Made by a program: the position numbers and the translations under genes. From positions 8,060,001-8,124,000 of the forward strand of contig CATNEN010000025.1 in NCBI GenBank assembly GCA_950097015.1: a stretch of 64,000 nucleotides of DNA. The letters are read 5' to 3'. This DNA is from Macrostomum hystrix (lineage: Eukaryota; Animalia; Platyhelminthes). The notes under the pieces were generated by a model. The model made no database searches. It had not been told where the DNA came from and saw only the letters and a list, made by a program, of their open reading frames with translations. This document shows positions 25,599 to 38,393 of the stretch, one piece after another. Each line of letters opens with the position of its first letter. Position 1 is the first letter of the stretch.

Positions 25599-28208
25599 CT
25601 AATTAACTTGCAGTAGAGTCCTGCAGCGATTCTGCAGTTTGCTGATGCGCTCGAATACTTTGACAGCTGGGCCGAGCTTCAGGCCGACCCCGGTCAGCAC
25701 ATCCATTCGCTTCATCAGCATCAGGGAGGCTCCGTCGATCTCCTGGTCAACGAAGGCCTGAGCAGCAAATGGGAAGCCTTCGGCTAATAGCCAGGCTTTG
25801 ACCTGGCCGATGCTCCATCTGCTTGCGTCTAGCGGGCTTCGCTCCTCTTCGAATACTGGCGATTTCCTGTTAAAGATGATGGGGTGGCTTGGATATATAG
25901 ACAATGCCACGCTTTGTAGTGTTAGCGATTCATAATATTACCATAGACAGTTTAGGGTGCTGCAATTCCAGTTGTAACTAACTACCAATACGGCTTTGCT
26001 TTCACTGCCTGACTATAGTAATTACCATAGACAGTTTAGCACTGCATTTATTTCTAGACACAGTTCAGCTAGTTATTCCCATAGACAGTTCAGGGGTAGT
26101 TATTCCAATAGACAATTCAGGCTGCCAAGGCTAAAGCTACCACTATTGGCAGTATAGTTTAGATGATGTAGGCTAGCTACGAGTAATTACCACCATAGAC
26201 AGCAAAGATTAGACCAGGAAATCTCTCACCTGCTAGAAGACCCGTCCTCCGTCTTTTGACAAGCGGAACAGATCCATTTAGCCTCGCTGTCCGGCTTCTC
26301 CGGTATCCTTGGCCGGTGACAGCTGACGTGGTAGCCCTTGTCGCAGGCATCGCAGATTAGCATGAGCTCGGCGTCGCCAGGATCGAGGCACACGCAGCAG
26401 GTCTTGCACTCGGAGCACTGCCAAGGCGACTGGCGGGCCCGATTGGCCAGCTCAACTGAGTACAGCATGCAGCTGGGATGAGCGCGGTGGCTGCAGTCGC
26501 GGCAAACTAGCAGCTTCTCTGGGACGCCCATGCGGTTGGCTCGGCTAGATGACAGGCAGAAGTCGCACTGTTCGTCTTCTAACTGGGGAGGCGGCTGCGG
26601 CGGCGGTGCCGGTTGCTCCTCCGGCGAGCCCTTGGACTTGACACGGGTCTTCTCCGGTTTCTCCTTCTGCTTCGATTTTTGAGTGGTCGACTCGGCCTGT
26701 TTATGCTGCTGCTGCTGGCTCTGGCGTCGTTCCTTCAGCTCGCGCACACTTGTCACTGGAATCGGCGGCTGCTGCGACTGCGGAGGCGGCGACGAAGCGG
26801 ACTCTCGGGCGACACCTTTGACGCGAGAGATGACCACAGTTGGAATCGGCGGTAGCGTTGCTTGGTCTGACTGCTGCTGCTGCTGCTGTGGCGGCTGCTG
26901 AGACTGCGGCTGTGGCGTTGTCGGCTGGGAGTTCTGAGCTGCGATGGTTGTGGTGACGCAATAGCTAGTCTGAGCAGTGGTCTTCTGAATCTGGTAGTTG
27001 CTGCAGCTGCTGCTGCTGCCGTTGCTGCCGTCGCCGCAGTTAATCTGCGGTTGGTTATTGCCGAATGACAAGTCGAGCGGCTCCGACTCGGGCTCCGGCG
27101 TGGGTTGGCTACTAGTTCGAGGTCGTTTCGCCTGAGGCGGCTGCGGAAGCTGCTGAGGCTGAGTCTGTTGCTGTTGCTGCTGCTGCTGTTGCTGCTTTCC
27201 CTGCTGCTGTGGACGTCCGCTGTCCTTCCGCTTCTTGTGCGCGTCGCGATCGCGTCGCCGAGAGCCGTCCTGATCCAGGCTGTACCGGCCGGTGGAGACG
27301 CGGCACAGGCCGCCAGTCGACGCCTCCCGCTCCAGCGCCATCTCCAGATTCTCGCCCTGAAGCGCTTCGGCATTGCCAACGCTAGCCGCTCCGGTGTTGT
27401 CGTCATCCTCGACGGTAGACACAGGAAGGCAGCGCAGACGTTCGGCCACCTCCTGGACGGTGAAGCCACTAGCCAGCATGTCCGGTTGATCGCCGGCAAG
27501 ACTGCTGATGGCGTTGAGCAGCCGGCGGCTGGTGGCGCTGCTATTCAACACGCTGCTGATTAGGGAGCCGCGGCGCCACTTCGAGGCATTCCGATAAGAC
27601 ACCGAGCCTTTGTACTCGACCTTCAGTACTGAACCGTCGTCAACTAGACGCTCCAATAGTTGAACAATAGCCTCGCGGTGAAGGCCGTGATGCCTAGTAA
27701 CCATGGAACAGATGCGGTCAATGTCCGGGCGGGCTTTGCGTTCCCGCAGCTTGTCGATGATGTTTAGAATCATGGCGCGAACGGGCTCTTCTCCCAGGGC
27801 TGCGGCCGCTGCAGCTGCGGCTGCGGCTGCTGCCGCGGCTTTATCAGCTGAGCGCTGCTGCTGCTGCTGCTGCTGCGATACAGGAGATACAGTCGGAGAA
27901 TTCAATAGTGTAGGCTGCGGTGTAGCCGGTTTCTCTGAGATCTTCTGCTGAACCAGACGGTCGATCGAGTGCACGATTGGCGGCTTAGAAAGCGGAGCAG
28001 TGTGGGAGATTGTATTATTGTTGTTCTCAACAATCATGCCTCCGCCGCTCTTGATAACGCTGTGATGACGATGCAGACTGCTTGGACTAGTGGCATCACT
28101 GGAGGCATAGCCGCTGATCTTGTGCTGCTGCTGCTGCTGTTGCTGCTGTGGTGACAACAGGCCAGGTGGAATGCCTATGCTAGTCTGTACTGGCAGCGCG
28201 CGAGCCAT
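25599..28208 (-). CDS. Chromatin protein with SAMD1-type winged helix, second (H15-like) winged helix, double PHD finger and C-terminal SAM domain; exons 28208-26230 and 25866-25599
   Basis: WH1: ILNIIDKLRERKARPDIDRIC...LKVEYKGSVSYRN. WH2: RRLLNAISSL...LEMALEREASTGGLCRVSTGRYSL. Double PHD: CDFC...LLVCRDCSHRAHPSC...WQCSECKTCCVC...CDACDKGYHVSC...WICSAC. SAM: WSIGQVKAWL...FVDQEIDGASLMLM...LKLGPAVKV. A phase-2 GT-AG intron joins the two exons in frame. Confidence 0.9.
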
Positions 28209-29027
28209 TTGACTTGGAGATTTTTACTGGGAATTTGTGATGAGAAAGGAACACAACGCGGCGCAGATAGGGAGAGAAATGAAAGCGAAGCAAACAAGCA
28301 AGCAAACAAAGCTTTTTATAAGATCTTGCAATGAATGCGAAAGCGAGAGTTGTGAGGGAAAGGAGAATAGCTGAGGATGAGTTAAGGAGGAATCGCTTTC
28401 TTCTTTTAGCGGAGAGCGAAGCGCGCAAAACTTCGGCCGGTCTTCTTGCGTTGTGTCTCTTTTCTTGGTGGCGCTGGTGCCTGCGCATAATATAGAGCCC
28501 CTCAAGCCCCACCCCACCTCCTCCCCAAGCCGCGCCCGAGAAGAGAAAGAGAAGGAGCCGGTTGAAGCGAAGTGGGGGTGACGCGCTCTCACTCGGTCCA
28601 GAGCGCCCACCACCCCACTCCGGCCAGGCCCAACCCACCTCCTCCACCCAAACGGCCTCAGCCAGTGAAACGAGAGAGAGAGGGGGCCGCGCGTTGCGCT
28701 TAAAGGCTTGGGCCTTTGCCACCTTCCCAGCCCAAACCGCCCCCCTCAAACCCAGGCCTTTCTAATGCTTTGCCGTCGGGGCGGTAGGGCGGGTGTCGGG
28801 TTATATGGCCCGCGGGGGGCGCGCCAGGGCCGGCCGTGCCACTGACGCGGTCGGGGGCGGGGCGGGCGCGGGCTTTTTCCTTCTTCCTTCCCCCCCACCC
28901 GCCACACCACCATAGCTGGCCCGGCCTGCCAGCCGCGTCGCGCGCGCCGCGCTTGGGCCAGCAGCGCAAAGCCAAGCTAAGCCACAAAAAGCCTAAAGCT
29001 TCCTCCTTCCCTTCTAAAGCAGCGAGC

Positions 29028-29060
<33 letters not shown>

Positions 29061-32000
29061 GTGGGCCCGCCTGTCGGGTCTGGTCTATCAGGGAGTTTTT
29101 TTCACGCGCCTGCGCGCGCGGCCGCAGCCGCAAGCGCGGCTTTGGCGGCCTAAAAGAGAAGCCGGTGTGACGACGTGCCGTGCCCCGTGGCGGGGCAAGC
29201 GAAGCGAGCGACCCGCCGCGGATCGCGGAGCATGAGAGAAGAGCGGAGGGGAGGAAGGGGAGGGCAGAGAGTGAAGCGGTGGAGGCGGGAGGCGGGACGG
29301 ACACAGCAGGCCAAAAGGCCCAGACAGATTCTGTCATACTTGGGTAGCGGGGTCCGGTAGGAGAGCCAAGCCCCCACGGGGCGGAGTCGCTTGACGGAGG
29401 CGGGACTGGGGGGGGGTTAGAAGTTAGGAGGTCGGCCTGACGGCAGAAATTTGGGCCCCTTAACTTGCCGAGCGCGCTTCTGGGAGAGTTGGCGGCGGGA
29501 TGCGGGGGTGCGGGGTAAGGCCTGACAGATAGACAGACGGGCCAAGGTCCGGTCCGGATCGGGTAGGGAAAACCGCGCTACGTCTCTATGACTGACTGAC
29601 TGTGACTGACGCGCCGAAGCAGCTCAGCAGCAGCAGCGGACAGAGGGATGCTGAGAGGCATCAAAGCCTAAAAGGAGAGAGAAATGGAGCTCAGATCCGA
29701 TGCTAAACAGAAAATTGAGCCCTCTAGGTGGGCAAGGTTGAGTTGGTAGGTGTGCAATCGAGACTAGCAGGCTTAGTCAGAGGACTCAACTTTGCGCCCA
29801 GATCTCATTCTGGTTGGTTAGTTGAGTTAGTGCGGTAAGGCGCATTTGGAAGCAAGAGAAGAGAACGAATCGCAAATCTGCCAGTTCCGATTCCATGCCA
29901 GCAGACCGCAGACTTCAACGATTCTCATGTAGAAGATGGCGGAAGTTCGATTCGGAAGAAAGCTAAAATGCGCAGTAATTTCCTCTTGACAGTGGAGGGA
30001 CTCCAGAGGTGGCTAGCAACAGTCAACAGAGAGAATCGAAGGAAGACTAGCGGCTCGCTCCGCGCCCAAGCTTAATGAATTGCTTGCGTCTTCTTGCTTT
30101 TGGCCCTCTGCTTCTTCTTCTACTTGTTGCCTCTCGTCTTTGTCTTGCCGCCTCTTTCTTTCATTCTCTCTCTTTCTCACTCTCCACTCGGACTGGGCGG
30201 CAATGTTACTCGGCTCTCTGGCGGCCCGGTTTTTGGTTTCTGTGGGGCCCGGCTAGTTTGGTTGGAGGCTGGTTCGGGTTCGGCTAGGAGTAGCTGAGCC
30301 TGGGGCCGCAGACTTGCTTTTGCTGCCCGCCTGCTTGCGCTGCGTTGCGCCCGAAGAGACCACCCCCCCCAATTCCATGCTGCCTGCTTCTCCTCCGCAG
30401 TCTGCACGCACCGCTCGCTCGCCCGCCCGTCCCCTCAGGGCTATAGGGCTGGAGTGGGTCGGTGGCGCCCTCACGGACCGCGGACCAGACCCAACCCCCC
30501 GGGCCTTATTACCCCCGGCCCGAGCTCCTGCTTCCCAAATCTTTCCCCTTACTCTTTCGCCTGCATTCAAAATTCTCCGCTGCGTCTCTCGTCTCTTAGT
30601 CCCCCCGATATAGCTAGCTAGCTAGTCTCTCTCTCTCTCGCTCACTTCCTCTGCCGCAACGCGGCCTCACTTTGCCACCGACACTCGCTCGCTAATGAAT
30701 TTCTCCCGTGGCCTGTCTGTCTCTCACGCTCCTCTCTCTCGCTCTTAAGCGCGGCCGGCGCTGCCGCTGACGCGCCCCTCTCAGCCGGCCGGCTCCACCT
30801 TTTCCCCTCTTCCTTCCCGCCCCAGTTCCCACTCCCCCAATTCCCAATCCCATCCGACCGAGAGCCGCCGGAGCCTATTCTATTCACTCGTTCAGGCGGC
30901 TCCACTCTTCTCTAACCCTCGGCCCTTTCCTGCAGACGGCCCATCTTCATCGTTGCTCATCCCAACTATGGCCCCTCTTTTTCCTCATTGCCAGTCACTG
31001 CCGCATCCTACCTAAGCCTCGCTTCTCACTGCTGCGTCAGCGGTGCGCGGATCCCAAGTTGCCAGTGCCGCCCCTATCCTATCCAGGTCCTTATCCCCTC
31101 ATCCGATGCCTCTGGGCACGGCTCGCGCGCCCGAGAGAGAGAGAGAGCAGCCCCGGAACTAGCCCTTCTACTTCGCTCTTATCCCCCTGATTTCTCGACC
31201 CGATTCTTTTTATCCCTACGCTCCACGCCTTCCTCTTGTCTCACTAACACACACACACACACACACACACACAGGAGCGCTTCGATCGAATCATTCAACG
31301 CAACAACCTCGTCCCTTTAATCCAGTATACTCGATTTGCCCTTCTGTCCGCAGTTAAAAAATTAAACCGCGAGACACAACAGATCCGTGCAAACAGTGAC
31401 CAACAGACCTGATTACCACACACAGCATATGGTCTAGTCATAACGAATTCCCAACCCGCAGGTTTTTCTGTCGCGATGATGCAAACGATTAGCGCAACCT
31501 TTGTTTCCTCTGGCTGCGTCACACTGGGCGGGCGCGGGGATTTGGCCCGGGGCTTTGTCCCGCCTGCCACGGCATGGTAAAATGCGCGAGCTTCGAAGTC
31601 GTCGTGCCGCCTCCCTCCCCCCCCCTACTCAAGCTCCACAAAGCCCGGCCACACTTGAGTCAGCCGCCATCAGGGAGCGGAGGAGCCCCCAAACCCCTCC
31701 GGGGGGATTCGGCGCGGCCTCATCCTCCTCGGAGATCGAGATGCGGAGGAGAGGCCAAGAGCCAGGCAGCTAGCTACTAAGCTTGCCTAATTTCGGGTCT
31801 GTTGAATGAGGGGAGGGCAGCGCGGGAGCAGGCGGCGGCACTCGGGCCAGGAGGAAGGGGGGAGGGAGTATTGGAGAGCGGAGCGCGGAGCAAGAGGGGA
31901 ACTGGCAATGGCGGAGAAGTGGGCTTCCTGCCTTCCTCCCGAGACCCGACCCCCCTCGGAGAAGCTTCGGGCAGCCATGGCCCATTTCGCACGATAGACC

Positions 32001-33484
32001 CATGGCCCGGCAGGACTAGACCAGACCAGGCTGACAGTAAAATAGGCCCTCCCTATTTTCTCCCGGTTCTCTAATACTCCGCCAACATAGCCAATCCCCC
32101 AAAACCCAGCAGCAGCTCGCCTCCCAATGCAATGCTTTCCGGCTGACTGCCCAAGCTGGACCGCGCGCGTCGCTCTATATAGCTAACCCGAAACTCTCCC
32201 ATCTCCCCTCATCAGGACTTCACTTCCCCGGGCCACCGCTCCACAAAGCCGGCCCGGCCCGAACAGCAACCCCGGCTCCACTCGTCTCGCGTTCCCCTCC
32301 CCTCCAGCCGTTCCAGCAGGGCCGGGAAACGCCTGAGCAAGTGTGTGTGTGCTTGTGTGTGTGCGCGCGCGCCCGGAGCGCTCGATCGCGAGAAGACCCG
32401 CGCGTCACCTCCCCGCAGCTTGCCCTGCTAGGCTCGAGGAACGGACTGGGCCGGGGGCAGAGTGAGTGGAGCTTGGCTTGGCTGAATTGATGGATTGCGA
32501 GGGAGCGAGGCCCCCACCTTTCTTCGCGCCAGCTGCGCGCGCTTTCCTACTCTCCTGTTTCCCTCTTATTTAGTTCGCGCGTCTTATAGCTTCCTCCTTC
32601 TGCGCATGCTGTCTCTTTCTCATTCATTCTCCCGGCTGGGCCACCCGCCGCTCCTCCTGAACCGGATTTCTTCCTTCCCTTTTATTCTCGCCACGCCAGC
32701 CGCTTCCGCTCCTCATTTTACTTGCCAGAGTGCCCTTACTGCGCCTGGCGCCGGGCCTAGAAACTGCCTATAGGAGGACCAGAGCCAGTTCGCGCTATAG
32801 AATCGAATGAACAGGAGTTAAAGATGGTTGACCACGCTGCTAGCCTGTAGGATCAGCATTCCTTGGTGTTAATAGCGTCGATTCCTTCATTCTTCTCTTC
32901 GGTCTGTATTGCGCAACAGAATCTCAGTCGGGAAAAACTGCGTGAAAACTTTTGTTTATCGCAAAAACAACAATGAAGTCATCGTTGATCCTTCGAAATT
33001 GAGTAAGTTACGCAATGAATATTTGCACATTCCCATTATTCGATGGACTGAAATTACCCTAAGGGTTTAAAATGCGGTTCGGCTTGCAAAGTCAGAAGCT
33101 TCGCACCCAAACCAAATTCATCAACTCAAAGGAGAGATTATGATTTTTAAAGCTTGCAATAGGCCATAGGCGACAGGTAGACCACAGGAAACTCGCAAAT
33201 GTGCAGGTGACACCAGCACCGCCGGCAACTTTACACTCGCATCTATCGCTTCTCCACACATCAGCCAGCTAGTAGGACTCGCAGTCACCGCCCGGCATTC
33301 TCTCCCAGATGTCATTCCCCTCCCAAACAGACTGGCAAACTGCGCTTTCTTCCCTTGAACCGGCGGCCATTATTTTTCCCAGAGTCATACCCGCAGTCAG
33401 CCAGACCGGGCTTGTTCACTCACTCGGCCATCATTCTCTTCACCCTCTTGCCCCTTCACCCGACAACAGAAGCAGCTGGCGACC

Positions 33485-33516
<32 letters not shown>

Positions 33517-35544
33517 GCCCACAGAGGAAGCGCGTGAGGAGACAGCCGCACCGGCCATTGCTAAGGGCGGCATGGAGGCAAAACCCTAAAGCAGGAGGTG
33601 ACGCGATTGAGAGAGCGCGAGAGAAAGAAAGACAGGAGAGGATGTGGGAACTAGGAGGCATTGGGTTAGGGGGGGATAGGCCAGGTTTTAGGCTCTCGGA
33701 TTCCGCCCCGCGGGTCCCATCGGGTCGAGCGCGAGTTAAGCAGCTAGCGGCGGCAGAAGCAGCCGCGGTGGCAGTGGCGGCAGCAGCGGCGGCACTGGCG
33801 CGGTGGGGAGGTGGTTGCATGGGAAAAGCGACGGCCCTGGGGGGAGGGAGGGAGGGTGGATTGCCAAGGCAGGGCGGCCCGTCAGAATTAATGGCCCGAT
33901 CGAGCAGTTGCGAGAGAGAGAGGGCCGCGGAACCCAGCGAGAGAGGCGGCGCGGGATTGGAATAGGCGGGGGTGCGGCAAGCCAACGGGGAGGTGGAATT
34001 TTGCCGCCATCGAGATTAGAGCGAAAGAAAAAGACGAAGCACGCGGGCGCGGCCGGCCAAGCAGCTTGGGATTGCCCGCTGGGCCGTCTGCATCATCCAC
34101 CCCCCACCCCAGCCGGCCAGCCGCCGACCCTTCATCTCGTCAGCTGCAGCCCGCAGCCGGGAGCGTCCACAAAGAGCCGAGCGGCTTTGGAGCGCAAACC
34201 CCCACCCGCTCGGTCGCGCATAATTTGGCCCGCAGTGGGCGGGCCGGTCAACCTGAAAAGCTCTGAAATCTATACATATTTGGGATAGGCCCCGGGGGCC
34301 ATAGCGTGTCCCTTCAAAATCGCCCCAGTCTTCTTGTCTTGCCGTTGCTATACAGCCTGCCCCCATGCACCCAAACAACATGCGACTCCATGATTTTCAC
34401 TCGTTTCTCTGTCTGCAAGACCAGTCTCGATCTTGATCAAACAGGGATCGTCTCTTTAAGCCATAGACTACAAAGAAAAAACCTGACAGTTTTCGATCTC
34501 GATTATACACTTAAATCTAGGATTGCCTAATAAGGCCATAGACTATAGGGGGGGGGGAAACTGACCAGTCTCAATCTCGATTTAGTTTTAAGCACAGATA
34601 GTCTCTGAAGGCCATAGACTACAGAGAAAAACCGACTAGAAATAGCGTTGGTCCATTATTCATTATCTATATAGGAGTCCAAACAAAATGTCGAATTGAG
34701 CATTTGTGGCGGGACTAACGGGTATAGAGAGAGAGAGAGAAATAGAAGCCAAAACAGTGATCGCGCGGACTTCCGCGCAACCGGCTGGCGCTAGAGAAGA
34801 GCCGAGGAAAAACTGCAGGGGAAGGGACACAGAATGGGGATCAGAGAGAGGAGAGGAGAGCAAGCCGCCGCTGATGGGAGCAGCAAAGCGTGCCATAAGC
34901 CGAATAGATGGATGGCTTGCTATTGCTTTCCTTGTTGGCTCTGGCCAATCTTTGCGGCAAAACACACGGGCGCCGCCTAAACTAATCCCATTCCCAAGCT
35001 CCCCATCAGTCCGCTGCTGCCGCTGCCGCCGCCGCCAACGCCGCAACCGCCGACTTCCCAACTCCCCCATCAGCGCGACGAGAGCGGGCCGCTTCCTTTC
35101 AACCTTGATGCGCGCGAAGGCCAGTCAGGCCAGAAGGCGCGATAGGAGGAAATGAGGGACTGCCAGCTAGGCGGGGTGGGGTTGCTTGGGAGAACAAGGA
35201 GAAGGCTGGCCGAAGAAAATTCGAGAGAAATGACGCTAGACTAAACCTGCAGAAGGAGAGTGGATAGCGGGCTGGAGAGGGGAGAGACCTCTAAGCTTCG
35301 CCCCAGTCTCCTGCCGCCTCATCACTAATTCATGGAAAGTAGGCGGAGGCAAGCTCGCGACGCGGCGGCCCAGAAAATAAAGAAATAAGACTGCACCGCC
35401 GAAAGCCCCGACAGGCAAGCGTTGCGACGTGTTTCCTGCTCCGAAGCAGCCGCAGCGGGAGCAGTGGCCGGTTAAAACAGTACGGCTCGCGTCTACCGCA
35501 CTGCAAATCTTTTTTGCTCGCTCTCTCTCCTGAGCTTTTTTTTC

Positions 35545-35575
<31 letters not shown>

Positions 35576-36524
35576 CAGAAGAAGCGGCACTAGCAGGAGC
35601 AGAATAATTGCAGTGGGTCAGAAAACGCCAGCTGGTAAAGTAGGCCAGGTGAACGCCTGCTTGGGGGATGCATGGAGACCCGCTGAATTGTGCGGCCCGG
35701 GGGGTGGGTGCTGTATAGGTGATTTTCGGCAAGAGGAAGGAGGATGAAGAAATGGTAGGAGTGGAACGCAGGAAAACTGGTGCGCGCGCGACAGACGACT
35801 GAAAACTAAAATCGCACGCACTGGAGCTGGGCCAACCAAGAAGCGTGACTGACAAAATCTGGCCTCTGACCAATTAAGTCTCAACTTAAGTTTCGAAGAA
35901 TCGAATTTCTAGACAAATTTATTGAGTACAAATTACAGAAGCTAAGAATTGCGATTGAATAACGTCTTCTTGAATATTTTTAGCTAGATCGAATCATACG
36001 AGTAAATAGTGAGAACTGTTCGTGCCCTCTATCAGCCAGTCTCTCTCTCCACCACTGTGTTGTTCATCATCTCCCGCCTATAGTGGGGTCAGGGATGGGC
36101 GCTGAGCAAGCCGCACAAAGTGAGCAGGGAAGTGAGCAGCAGAGAAGACAGACAGATATAGGGCCGGCGGGCCCGCTGCGGGACAAGAGGAAGAGAAAGC
36201 GGCAGCGGCAGCGGCAGCAGCGGCGGCGAAGGCAATTTTCAAGGAAGTGGATGCTGCGCGCCGACATGCAAGGCCCGATCGGAATGGCAAATGGTAAAGA
36301 GAGAAAGAGAGAGACAAGCGAAGGGGGAAGGAGTTAGGCCTATATAGTAGTGGCCAGAGAAAGCGATTGACCCCACAGGGACGGCACTGCACTAGGGCTT
36401 AAGTTGCCGACACACTTGAGCGACGAGGCGAAAGGTTACTGGTCAATAACTGCAGGTTTCGCAATTACAAAACATGTTAAATGTATGATCATGTTCCGAT
36501 GGTAAACATATGATCTAATGCATG

Positions 36525-36742
36525 ATGATCAGGTGATAAATGGATGATAAACCCATGATAATGGGGTGGTAAATAGATGATAAACCTATGATAATGGAGT
36601 GGTAAATAGATGATAAACCCATGATAATGGGGTGGTAAATAGATGATAAAACCCATGATAACGGGGTGGTAAATAGATGATAAAACCCATGATAATGGGG
36701 TGGTAAATAGATGATAAAACCCATGATAATGGAGTGGTAAAA
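36525..36742. repeat. Minisatellite, 33-34 bp unit (ATGATAAACCCATGATAATGGGGTGGTAAATAG)
   Basis: About six tandem units. Confidence 0.9.
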
Positions 36743-37134
36743 TGCTGGTTAAAGCAATAAAACTCTAATGAATTTTAAAATGTAAAACTAGTTAAGTTTG
36801 TTTGAAAAATTCAGTTTTTATTTATGTTTAGCAATGGAATAACAAATATTACTGGCAAAGTGAATGACAGCAGACAAAGTTACAGAGAGTGGCAAATTGT
36901 GCTTTCAAATTTGAAAACTGGCGAACAAGACAAATACTGTCTGAAATTTCAGCTGCTTTACAATGAGACCATCATATACAGGCAGCTATTTAATGCCAAA
37001 AAGTGGTGAAACAACAGCTCGTAAAACATATGCAATGAATATTTCTAAGCTATGATTCATTTTAAATTCTACCTTCAAACCTGCTCTTGAAAAAAACAGG
37101 GTTTATAGTGATTTGGACTCGAGATTCCAGTCTT

Positions 37135-37615
37135 CGGGATTCGAGGAAGTGGGATTCGAGGAAGTGGGATTCGAGGAATCGGGATTCAAGGAATCGGGAT
37201 TTGACGAATTGGGATTTGAGGAATCGGGATTTGAGGAATTGGGATTTGAATAATTGGATTTGAGGAATTGGGATTTGAGGAATTGGGATTTGAATAATTG
37301 GATTTGCGGAATTGGAATTTGAGGAATCGGGATTCGAGGAATCGGGATTTAAGGAACTGGAATTTGAGGAATTGGGATTTAAGGAACTGGAATTTGAGGA
37401 ATTGGGATTCGAGGAATCGGGATTTAAGGAACTGGAATTTGAGGAATTGGGATTCGAGGAATCGGGATTTAAGGAACTGGAATTTGAGGAATTGGGATTT
37501 GAGGAATCGGGATTCGAGGAATCGGGATTTAAGGAACTGGAATTTGACGAATTGGGATTTGAGGAATTGGGATTTGAGGAATCGGGATTCAGACAGACAG
37601 ACAGACAGACAGACG
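37135..37615. repeat. Minisatellite, 15 bp unit (GGGATTTGAGGAATC variants), followed by (AGAC)n
   Basis: Directly visible tandem array. Confidence 0.92.
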
Positions 37616-38327
37616 GATATACAGAGCTGTGAATGAGGGAATATGTAGTCGAAATGTTACGGCCGATAGCCCCAATAAAAGTCCCAGTTCCTATCTTTAG
37701 TTAGCAGTCCAAATTAGATCAGTAATAAAACAGTATTAAAAAACAGTAATTTCCCAATTGACACATTGAGCTTAGGACACATTGCCTACTGTATACGTTA
37801 GGGCCTAATTAGGGTTAAGGTAAGCTGACGCGGTGCAGAATTTTCTGATCTGTTCTTTAGTTGGCACACTTAGAAACTGCGCGCGGGGTGGCGTTTAATT
37901 ACAGTGATTTTATTACCTGTGTGAATAGGGGATAGGGGAACAGATAAAATGCTGAGCGAGGGAGAATAGAGAGAAAAATTGGGGACGAAGAGGGAGAGGA
38001 GAGGAGAGGGGGGAGAGACGCGGAAGGATGGAAAAGAGAGAAAAACAAGAGAATCGAACTCCTAACCTAACCCTTATCTAATCTCGCAGCGCCTTCTCTG
38101 TCTGAGTTAGCCTTTCTCTGTATTAATCTTCTCAGTAGCTTGCAACGCAGCGGCCTTATGGTTGGCATAGGATGGGGGGCAGAAGCTGTGGGCAAGCGGA
38201 AAATAGAGTCAGAGATTGGGCTGAGAAGAGAGGAAGGAATGATTATTGAAACAGGGCGGGATTAGCAGTGCACCAGGAAGAATTTATTTTCAGGAAATGA
38301 TGCAATCGGGTGCGCGATTGCATGATC

Positions 38328-38349
38328 TCACAAAAATGGATTGTTATAA

Positions 38350-38393
<44 letters not shown>

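Noticed and set aside
25941-34625. Recurrent CCATAGAC motif (five times in intron 25867-26229, three times at 34460-34625)
   Set aside because: No inverted partner or target-site duplication was found; most likely decayed local tandem duplications.
28180-36400. Dozens of short GC-rich ORFs
   Set aside because: They overlap on both strands, are low-complexity and have no domain motifs, as expected by chance in GC-rich DNA.
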